Below are positions 45,101-57,100 of a DNA stretch of 64,000 nt, in pieces. The notes under the pieces are model-generated. The model was given only the letters and a program-made list of their open reading frames with translations. It made no database searches and was not told the origin of the DNA. The DNA is taken from assembly GCA_030141605.1 (NCBI GenBank), contig JAQGDQ010000018.1, forward strand, positions 1,178,001 to 1,242,000, written 5' to 3'. Origin of the DNA: Tubiluchus corallicola (taxonomy: Eukaryota; Animalia; Priapulida). Made by a program: the position numbers and the translations under genes. How positions within the stretch are numbered: position 1 is the stretch's first letter; the number at the start of each line of letters is the position of its first letter.

Positions 45101-48100
45101 CAATATTCCGAATATAGTCAGTCTTATACTTTATAGTAGATTAGATTAGGGGGCAGTGGTGTCGGGGAGATTATATAGGATGGTAAAATCCCCCCCCCCA
45201 ACACTTTGCTGAGGCCTTCGACAGGCCCATTGCAATTATTCACTGCTATATGTCTATTGGTCGTACTCGGCAAGCCTTCCAGCTTGCTTCAGATACGCCA
45301 CTAGTTTTTTCAGGTTTAAGTTCTCTACAACTGCTCTAAGTGTTGTATTTTTATTTCCCAGATATTTGATACGAGCACCCTGGTAGGCGGTGCATCGTCC
45401 CACGCGATGGTCCGGTGTTTCGTCTTCCTGACCACATTTCGGGCAAATCGCGCATTGTGCTCGACAAGTGGTTTTTTTATGTTTTTGGAGATTACAGTGT
45501 CCGGTTAGGACCTGTATAACCATGTTGAGTTGAGTTCTACTGAGACTCAGGAGCCTATTGCAGACTCGGGCCGAGGCCCAGCCCACATGTTCCTTTGTTC
45601 TCTTGCAGTCCTCACGATTATTCCACGACGTTTCCCATTGTTTTAAACTCCATCCCTTAATCGCGTAGACACAGCTAGCGTAAGGGACGGGCAGATAGGG
45701 TTCTGGTCCCTCAGGAGAGAGCTCAGATCCCTTTTTAGCAAGTTTGTCCGCCTCTTCGTTACCATGTACTCCTTCGTGTCCAGGAATCCATGTAACCAAG
45801 ACTCGGTTTCTTTTTCCAAGTATGTTCAAGTTTTCAACACAACGTAAAACCGAGATAGATTTTACTGTATTGTTTTCAGTAGCTTTAATAGCCGCCTGGC
45901 TGTCTGACAGGATGACTATTGATTGATTCTGGAGTCCTTCCGAAGACATTATCTCCGCCGCTTGTGAGATGGCGAAAACTTCTGCCTGGAAAACAGTACT
46001 TAATTTCCCAAGATAGAAGAACTCCTCCAATACTCTGGACTCAGTCGGATACTCGATACGTATACCTGCACCGATCCTTCCGCCTAGTTTGGAACCATCG
46101 GTATAACACCTGACCAAGTTCCTATCCATTTCGCCTTCCGATTTGATAGCGATTTCTCTTTCCTGAATCTGGCATTCGAAATTTCTTTCGAACACGCGTG
46201 TTCTTTTTCTTAAATCACCCGGCATATGCAACAGTTGGAGGTCGCGCCTATAGCTATTGCACACATCGATATGACTTTTAGACTTACCAAAAGTTCCCAC
46301 GGTCTTCGCTGTCCAGAGCCCCGCCATATCTATACGGTATGACCCTCGGACCGCCTCCGACCGAATGAACTCGTCTATTGGTGTGATATTCAACAACATC
46401 TCCAATGCACCGGTAGGAGTACTTGGGAACGCTGAAGAAATCATTAAGCATGCTAATCTCTGTACTTTCTGGAGCATTTTCCTGAGGTACATTTTTTCCA
46501 ACCCGCTGACCCAGGATACACACGCATACGTCATGAAAGGACGCACCATTGCCGTGTATATCCATTTCATGACCCGCGGTTGGATGCCCCACGTTTTACC
46601 AACAATTTGTCTGCATTGCATAAGTGCCGCCGTCGCCTTGTTGGTGACCCGTGTTATATGGCTCTTCCAAGTCAGTTTACTGTCTAGGGTTACCCCTAGC
46701 AGTTTCGCTTCATTGGAGAGTTGGAGCTTCTGTCCATTCATCCAGAGATCCCCAATATTTGGATTTCTCTTGTTTGTGAACATGATTACTTCGGTCTTAC
46801 TACTGCTGAATTCTAGTTCAGTTTTCCTGGACCATTCAGCAGCAATGTTAATTACATTTTGCGCCCTCCTTCTGACCGTCGATACGTTCGCACTAGCTAT
46901 TAGTACTGCCAGGTCGTCGGCATAGGCTTGTACATAAATTCCATTTTCTTCAAATTCCCTAAGCAGAGAGTTCAATACACAGTTCCATAGCAAGGGAGAC
47001 AGTATTCCGCCTTGGGGGTTTCCCTTTACTACTTCCCTCTTTACCGTGGCATCACACAGCTCTACTTGGACCGTACGGCACCTTACCATGTTCTCAATCC
47101 AGCGGATAAGAACTGGCGATACCTCAAGTTCAAGCAATGCGGCGGATATGCTATTAAAAGAAACGTTATCGAATGCCCCAACAATATCCAAAAAGACACC
47201 TAGTGAGAGCTTCTTTTTAGCAAGACTACGTTCAATACGCTGTACATACTAGTGCAGAGCAGTTTCCGTGGAAACGCCTGCGCGGAAGCCATACTGTACA
47301 TTGGATAGTCTTGCTTGTAATTCAGTATCCTCGTTCAATTGATAGAGGACTATTCTCTCCAACCATTTCAGTTGAAATGACGTTAATGTTATCATCCGGA
47401 AAGACTTGACTTCTAAATAGCTATTCTTTCCGGGTTTCGGCAAAAATACTCCTCTCCCTTCCTTCCAGGATCTCGGTACATAACCATACCTGAGACATGT
47501 CTGGAAAAGCATGAGGTAGTGTTTTTTAATGTATTTCCATCCTTTCTGCAACAGGACTGGATTACTTTATAGTAATTCACCCAACTTCCAAGATGTACTA
47601 TTCAATTTATTAGTAATGTCTTTGTCCCTAAGAAAGACACAACAGCTCCTATTGTTAGCATTTACATTAAAAAAATGGCAATTCGCTTACAGCTCCGATA
47701 CATGGTATTAGCAGGTGTTAGTTATAAATACAAAGCAAAAAATAAAAAGCTAATGTAATACCTAAACAGTGTTTTCACATTTATTTCTTCAGCAACTCTA
47801 TCAGCAATTTTCCAAGCAATCATTTCCATTAGTGGTACCATGCGCTCATCAGTATTGTAATGTCTTGATATTATCCAGACCATTCTGAGAGATGACATCA
47901 TCGTTGGTATTGTTTCCATTATCACCTAAATCAAGTTACAGTAACTTCACAAGCAAAATATGATCACGGTGTCGATAACATAAAAAATGTATATTTCGAA
48001 CTCTAGCTTTAACGTAACTACAATGTGTTTGAAAATCAGTACATTTTCAATAGTTCAAGGGGAACCACTGTGATAAAAAATCCCAATCCCTACCAGTTTG

Positions 48101-51100
48101 ATGAATTGTGGTCAATGTAACAATATTGATTTTCACGTACTATGATTATAACATTTTAAATAAAAATATGTAGAAGAATCAGTACTTTATAATATAATAA
48201 GAATCCAAATAATACTTTTTTATTTGACTACTGATGCAATTACTAGGTATATAAACACTATCCACTTATTATTCGTATATCGCAAACTGCGAAAAAATTG
48301 CGGTTTGATTCACAGCACATTCTTTTAATTAGTACTTTCTACTTAAATGTCACGCCTCCACTTATGTATGCCTGCGAATGCAATATGTTTGTGAGCATCA
48401 GTTTGTGAGAAATATAAATCATCATGTAATTGGACTGTCTATCACCCAATATTTGTGCAGTATTACAAAAAGAACAGAAAAGTGTAATAATGTTGTTTAC
48501 CATGCATCTGTATTTGAATTGGCTAAATGGCAGAGCATTTGAGTGATCTATTCTTGCATAACTCTTTAACGTGATGCAATGCAATGTGAACTTAGCTAGT
48601 CTTGCTTGTGTTTGTGAGCATCAGTTTGTGAGAAATATAAAGCGTCATGTAATTGGACTGTCTATCATTCAATACTTGTGCAGTATTACAAAAAGAACAG
48701 AAAAGTGTAAAATTGTTATTTATCATGCATCTGTATTTGAATTGGCTAAATGGCTGAGCATTTGAGTGATATATTCTTTCATAACTTTTTACAATTTTTT
48801 TATTAAAAATACATGTCACCTGCAAATGGCCATCCAAATTTTTGAAATGACGTTCTAATGTTGACAGAAATTTCACATTATCTTTGGCTTCTAGATGGTA
48901 TTTTTGCAAATCAACGCAATTATCTTGAAATATGACACAAGTCTACAAAAGAAAATAATAATTATTTTTCACTATGTAAGACTAGCATTCGATGAATTGA
49001 ACAAATTGCTAGAAGCTCATATCTTTAAAAAAACATTTTTAAGTTTAAACTATTATTAAAGATAGCAAGTTTAATTTGTGACTCTATGTACCATTGCCTT
49101 GAAGTATTCACCGTTGCAGTAGAAAAACAATAAAGAATAACAATAATAAGGAATAATAATAAAAGCATAATTTCCAATTTCCTAGTTGTCACTTTAATGT
49201 ATCTGATCAAGATTATGCAGAATTTCAGAAATCAGACCAGAAATATAAAAAATGTTTAAATAAGTACTGGCAAATCTTTATAAAAAACTGTTTAAAAATC
49301 ACGTTTGCACTATAAAATGAGGCAGGACACATTCGGCTGTTCATACTATTGTTTTTAAACTAACTACCAATGAAAGTCGGCAGACGACATTTCCGAAATA
49401 TATGAATCTTCTAAGACAATAAATTACATATGGTCATAGAAGAGCTAAGACATGTGTGATGGTTTATACTAGTTCCTGAATCAAAAGTCAGAACACACAG
49501 GGATTTTTTGTACCAAGCAAAAACAGGATTAAGTAAACACCGAGAAACAAATTTAACATATTGTAGTGCTTAAAGACCTGAGAGTTAACAGTGTCCAAAA
49601 TATCTTGATATCGTTTAACAGTAGGGTTTTTCAGCTGTTCAGTCATAGCGCTGAGTGTTCCGTTTCTTTCTCCCCAATAGTCTAGCTCAGCTAGAGGGCC
49701 TTTGCCTTGAGGTACTCGCTTCTTTTCTTGTTCAATCACTAGAAAAATGCACAGCTTTGTAGACTTATTTGATGTCAGTTGGAAACTGTTCCACTAACTA
49801 GGACTTTGCTCAACTGATTTAGAATAGAGTACAGAAAAACTTATTAAATTACAGATTGACTTTCACAATCATCATGATCTCTCTGTTTGCAACAGTTTAC
49901 CTAGCAGTAGAGAAACTGGGAAATACAAGTTCTACAGACATTGGCACCCTGCACTTATAACAACATAGCCTTTGGAAAATAGTCATATCATCAAATTCAA
50001 TACTTAATTGACATGTACAGAATAAACTTGCCTTTGACCTTTTGCATATGGCATAGAGTCAGGGATTTGCTTTTCAATTATGATTAAACCACTATGTAAT
50101 ATTTAGTCTGCACTAGTCTACATATGTGTGGTTTAGCTAAAAATGTCCAACACATGTGTTGCCTTATAATCAAGTCACATTTATCTCATAGTATTTGCAT
50201 GGCAGCACCAAAATTATGGAACAATCTGCTAATTCACGCATATAAAATGACTAATGTTGAAATCTTTTCTTAAAACTTATCTTTATGAAAGAAACCTTTT
50301 TAATTAGACCATGGTAAACATTGTTGAGTTCTAATAATGTACATGAGCACAATATTAGAAAACTGTCACACTGCCAAATGCTATGTAGCCACTATTTGTC
50401 ACACCTCATACAGAACACCCCCCCCCCAATATGTCAAGGTCAGCTAGAGTCAACTGTATGTTGTTGTTTGCAGTTTTAGTAAATACAAAGAAGTCTGGTT
50501 TTAACATGGGTCCAGCAATTAGCGAAAAGCCTACCAATAAGGCAGATAAATATAACCTCTCTGGAAAGTAAAGCTGTAAGCTGGCAATGTGCAGATCCAT
50601 ATTCTTCCTCACATAGAAAGAAGAATCAGAACTGTGCAGCAAATAAAACTGCTTTCAACCAGTTTTCCTTACAGCCTGATCCATTTACTAACTAGACCAA
50701 GCAATATCTAATATTATAAAAACGAGTACATATTATGACTACACGCCATTTCATTTGCCAACCTACAAATTATCAAAGATGTGTATTATAAGAAAAGAAA
50801 TATTACTGATTGTAGTACCATGGCATATTTGTTCCTGCCATCGAGTGACTGTCTCCTCTATTTGTTGAAGTAATGCAGGATCTTGTACGATATCTTTCGT
50901 ATTCTGTGGTAATGTAATGTGGGGGAAAAATAGATGTATTTCACCTGTAAAACGAAAGCTGACCGTATATTGGAAATAAATATTACTATTATTATAACAT
51001 GGCAAAAACAGTGTTCCTAAATAGAAACTTCAAAACACCAGTCATTAAAAACAGTCTTCAGTTAAAATGCAATGGAAAATACTACGTATAAGAACCACAG

Positions 51101-54100
51101 AGTTTTTACATTTGGTAGTCAACTAGAGAAAGATGCAGCTTTTATTACACCTTCTAATTGCTTGATTGTCCTAGAAACAGTTCCGGTAAACTTCTGTAGA
51201 TTGAGTAAAAACTCCTCACGTAACTGTGTATGCACAGTCAGTTCTGAATTCAGCTTGAGTTGTTCACATATCTGTTGTTGACTGTCTGATACGAGGGATT
51301 TTCTGGGCTCCTCATGAACTTCATAATTCACTGGAACTTTTTTTATTTGAGTTGCCAAGAAAGGAGAGTAAACCTACAGTAAAAGTGATATACAGCTTAA
51401 AAAGGCTTAAATTAAAAGGCAAAACAGAGGCTAGATTTGAACCAGAGGCTTTCATAATAAAATTCTCAGCTTTATAATTAGACTATGCAGTTCCTTATAA
51501 CTGTGATATCATATTTTAAGTGTGTCCCAATAGCTCAACAAAATTATCCCCTTAATGTGACTGCTAAGTAACATGGTTTGACCTTCGATACAGTATATCC
51601 GTAAAACCAAAGTATATTTTCTTATTAACATGTCACAAACAGTTGCAAACGACACAGATATGCAAAGGTGGTAACTTGTCAAGCAAAAATGTCTGACACG
51701 AATCTTTCTGGCTCCAGAAAGTTTTTCTTAATCTAGTAGCTTACCTGCTTCAATGTTCGCTGTAAGATTAAAAGTGTTGTCCCATTCAAAGAACCAAATT
51801 CTAATGCATCAGTCATCATATCCATGGCTTCTTCCTCATCAGCAACATAGGAGACTGGACCGCCTTCTAACCTAACGTATATTTTAATTAGTTAAATTAC
51901 CAGTTATAGCGAATGGTCAAATCCACAGTAATGCTTTAATTACATCTAAAGTAATAGTTATAAAATAAAAACAACATAGCACTATTAAATAAAAATAGTT
52001 TCACTAAGGGAGTAATTTTTTTTTAGTTTACTACAAGTGCAGAAGTTGCTTTTCAGCACAAAATATTAAACAGTAATAGCGCTTCATAATTCATATTAAT
52101 CTCATTTTGCTCATTAAAATACAAAAAATCAAAAGCTTTGTCAACCAGTTAAAGCAGAAGCTTTTTTGTTTACGAGTAATTAAAAAAGGCTGCAGAAGCT
52201 CAGCTAAGCTACTTTGCGAACTCTTGAAAGCCTCTCGGGGCAGTAGTCCAAGAAACCATTACAAACTACCCAGAACGAACCTACTACATAAATCATAAGT
52301 TATCACTTATCAAGGGTCGTTTGAATGACTTTCTGAAGCTTGCTGTTTATACCCGCTTCCTGGTTCCAAAGTAAACAATTGTCTGAATTGTTTTATGCTG
52401 TTGTTTCATAAAACAACTGCAAGCGTAATTTTTTTCATACCTTTTCGGAAACTATTCTCACAAAATGAAGTTATTCAAAGCTAAATTTACATCTTAATGC
52501 AATCTAATTTCTCTGACAAGTTGACAGGAATCACAGCACTTGTAGAATGCATGAAACTTTCGACAAGTTTGAGTACCTTCCGAAAAGTTAAAAGAGAATT
52601 AATCTTTTGCTGAAATTATCTGCTTTTACTAGATTATAAAAGATGTAAATCAAGAAGTTTATTTGTGTGCAAGTTATTTTTACTTATAACCTTCAAAACT
52701 GCCGACATTCTGTGACAAATAGAAACAAAATCCCTGCTCACTGTTCACGCTATACAAGCTGACCTGAGACTGAGCTAGTGCTGAATTTGTGGTACATGTA
52801 GTTGTGCGCAGGCCTATGGGAAAGGTCTATTACCAGGTAGTAACAAACAGACTGTAAAAATTTGCACTTTCAAAATAAAGCATGCAGATGCAGAATCTAA
52901 TACTACCAATTCTCCACCTATATTAACTTTATTTATTTATGGATTTATTTATATAATACACTATTTTCTGGACAACCTTCTTGTCACAAATGACATAGCT
53001 GAAATGAAGTGTCTTGGCTCCCCCCAGGCCCAGGTCCCTCCCCAGGTTGTTAATCCATTCATCAAAAATGGTCCCATTACGAGACAACTGTAGAATGTTC
53101 ATGCATAGTTGACTAACCGCAAAATGCATTTGTGGATTTGGCTAGTAAACTATTAACAAAGTAATCAACAATAGCAATTAAATTGCTGGATTGGTTTTAT
53201 TTTCAAATCATCAAAAATCTTGACGGACTGTGTGGGCAGCTTATAATACACTAGTACTAGTTAACATTAGTTCATAATAACTATACCATAAGCAGCTGTA
53301 CAGTCTAGTCAAGCATTAGCAAGCCTTCAACGGTGTTAAATATTGACCGGTTCCCTCAAATCAGTATTGCAATAGCCCAACCACTGCTAATCAAAAATTT
53401 ATATATACATATTTATAAATTTTTTATTAACAGTGGTTGGGTACAAAGTTCTTAAGATACAGCAAAGTGTCAGCAACTGTTGAACAGTTATGTAACGAAA
53501 GTGTCATGCAAAGAAGTTCAGAAGCTGAGAGGTATATACAGTGGCACAGCTAGAACTTGAAGCCACAGAGGTGGAAAACTGCTACCTGGGACGGGGCGCC
53601 TCACCAACATTAGCTATGCCACTAGATACATAATTATGATAAATGTAAGGGTCTAATGTTGACCATTTTGTTGAATATGTGATTGCAATTTAGAAGCAAA
53701 GTGGACCTGCCACATATGGTCTTTGGTTTACTATAGTCACAAGTTGTTTAATTCAGGATTTCACAGGCACAGTACATGAGCTTTTCTTATCTTCAGATTA
53801 ACTTGCTTAATAAAAAAGAGAAATAGTTAGCTGTAAGTTGTAAACCAGTAAAGATCACTTGTCAACTTTCAATCCGAATGAGTGAACATTCGTTATGTAA
53901 TCCAGTAGAAACTAAAATGGCTAATTCAAAATCCATATATCTTTTAAACCATTTACAACACAGGCAAACAGAAATATCTTTTCTCGTTAGCAAAAAACAT
54001 GAAAATAACAGGTGGAGAACTGGTCTAAAAAATGAGCAAATTATATGCATTACATGACAAAAATTTCAAATGTACATTAACAGGCATAAATATTTTTTGT

Positions 54101-57100
54101 TATTAGACTTTATACATAATGCGATTTTTTTTATTGGAAAACGGTGGGTCAAAAAATTATCGTTCTTATCAAAAATAACGAATTTAATAAATTTTAATGA
54201 AAATAAATTAATAACCAAAACTATTACCAACCTGAGGAAGTAAATACAGTTACTGACTTCAATATTTGTTTCTGGCAAATAGTCTTTGTGCATGGAGAGT
54301 TTTGTCATTATCACAGTTTGTATCACAGTTTTCTATAATTAAATACTATAATCAAAACAACACTGTTTAGCTATTAACAGCAAGGTATATAAAATCACTA
54401 TCATCACAACTGAAACATAACAAATGGAAATTCAGAAACCAAATATACAACTAATAAATGGCCTAATAATATCATTATTATCATAATCAGCTCTTCATTA
54501 CCACCACCATTAACATCATCATAACATCATGGTTACAGAGAATGTACATGCATACAAAACATAGCTAAGACATCTCTGCCAGTTGAGTGTTTCATATGAA
54601 TATTACATGTGCTCACTGTCAAACTACATGTATAAAGCAAACTATGGTGTCATGAATTACTGTCGATTTTTACTAGCAAGTTGTGGCACTAAAAAGCACT
54701 GCTAAAGCGCGACTATAAATGACAAACTACACCAATATGATAGATTATTATTACCCCGCATTTACCGTAAATACACACGCCAGGCAGGGTAATAACAAGT
54801 ATTATTTTTAAAATCTTTGGTATGACCCAGCCGCAGTATTGAAATCACGTCCTCCCAGGTGGAAAGTAGTCGCATTACACTATACTCTCGGGTTTAACAA
54901 AAAAGTTGAAATATTTACCATTTTTCGGCTATGTGATGATGAGAGAAGGTCATTCATTTGTGAGTCTGTACGTTTCTCAAGAACAGCACCAACATCGGGT
55001 TCTTCTGTATTTACTTTCTCGTCGGCATCGCCAATGTCTGCAGTTCCTTCAGTGTTGCTAGGTACCTTATCTACGAAATTTGCAAGTGTTATAAAATGGT
55101 TCTAGTTAAAAAAATAATAAACAGATTATTAAGTACATATGCAACACATTCAGTTTTTCTGTGCTCACGTTAACTCATGGATACAGACTATTTTGATACT
55201 AGAAATTCAAATTTTTGTTGTCAACAACCACATTCCTAAAAACAGTATACAAAATGTTAATGTCACAGCTGCAGGTGGCTCTACTTAATTGTTAAGATAA
55301 AGGAAAAGCATAAAAAGCGAACACTAAAAGGCTTGTTTGCTTGGTATAGGAGAATAAAAGAATTACTATGTTAGGAAGGATATATTGCCACCCCACAATT
55401 TCTCAAAACTTTTGAACTTGGAGCTGAATGGAAATAACTGAATGGACTGGTATAAACTTGGCTGTGGTAGTTAAGTAGTGCCAAACTTAAGTAGTAAAAA
55501 TTGAACAAATAACTGTGGGAAAACTCTAGGTGACATCATCTGTCATACTACTTCTGACGATACTTCTGAATGCCACTAAAACATTTCTGCCAGCTCAGTA
55601 TTTCATCTCAAAATATCTTTGCTAATAAGACAGGTTTCAATCTCGCCACAGCTATTCAGAATTAGTTTTGTACTGTCTGTCATATTTACGATGTTACTAT
55701 GCAGTATGTATCAGAATTTCCGAGAAAATATTAAGCATTAAAGACATTGCTTTTAAACAGAAAAGTAACCACATTCTACTAACTTGCTATATTCTTTAGT
55801 ACCGAAATTCAAAGAGACTAACAAATTTCATATAACAAAAAATCCCATTCACCAGCATCAGACTGTTTCGAATCAGAAGTTTTTGCAGAAATGGCTGTTG
55901 AAGGAGGCTTCTCTGATTTTACCGAAGCGACCGACTCCTTTCCCTGTGACGACTTCCGTGAGCTGGTTTTCCTCTGTTTATTAATTTCATCACCTGAGCT
56001 TAGGATGTCAGGTTCTTCCTCGTCATCACCTACGTTAAAGGAAAGGCCAAGCCTTTTAGCAGGTTAAGCTTATTTCAATGTTCATTAGAAAGATTTAGTA
56101 GAATAAGCGACACGTGTAACTAGTAAAATCACTTTAAAGTCGTGATCACAAACTTTCACAAAAAAAGATAACTAGTTTTGTAATACTTTTTGCATGAACG
56201 TTAGGTAAGCAGCAGAAGTTTGAATTAGTCTAAGCAGCGCATGCTTACGGAAAGCCACGAAGTCTCCCAGTTATGTCATGATTTTCAAGTGAATAGTGGC
56301 AATCATCACGCCTGAAAATTTCTATTCAGAGGTAGTATATTTCAAATTTACACTTTATAGGCAGTTTTTGCAATTTTTTTGTTACATTTCTAAGTTATTT
56401 AAGTGATAATGGTAAAACAAAGCCAATATACTGAGTGACTTGTTCTTTACTTTAAGAGGACTAAGTGCTGCAAAGAAATGTATTACAGTGACAACATTTC
56501 AATCTTCCGACCAACACCAGTGCATTGTAACAAACATAAAAAAATTAAATGGGGATTACCTACATTCACCTGTTTTAATGCTCTGATGATAAATTGCATT
56601 GCTAAGTAAACCATTTGCGAAATTGTCCGGATGATTTTCATCTCTGCCGATTCAGTGCATCTCTGCCGATTCAGTGTCTTGCATCAAGTTAGAAATATAA
56701 TATCCTTGACTTAGGAGTGCCACATATCATTGCAGTATGCCAGTTAAGTATTCAGAAACACCCAAAAGTCATCAGATTCATCATCCAAAACACTCATGGT
56801 AGTGCAAAAACTGAGGCTCAGTTGTGCAGTGAGTGAACTGATTTATCACATTCAGTTAATTACAAGTAGTTGAATAATTATATAAAAACTTTCAAATCAA
56901 TTATTTCTGCATTGCAAAGCAACAAGAGTTTTTTGTTAAATGACAAATGGTATAAGAAAATACCTATAGGTCTAGTCATCGCCTTTTGTAAGAATAACTA
57001 ATGTGGTAAAATAAGTGTTTCAAAACTTTTTAAGCTTAGTATAAACTGTTTGTTTGTTTCTAAACTATAAGTGCAGTCTTCTAGCATTTAAATTCGTCAA

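Noticed and set aside
47249-47251. Programmed readthrough of the in-frame TAG in the retroelement ORF
   Set aside because: The stop lies inside the RT domain, has no recognised readthrough context (TAG TAT), and the copy is 5'-truncated. A nonsense mutation is simpler.
45744-47252. Plus-strand ORFs overlapping the retroelement, such as 46365-46925
   Set aside because: They are antisense shadows of the RT frame with no recognisable domain. The same applies to plus-strand ORFs opposite dynein exons.
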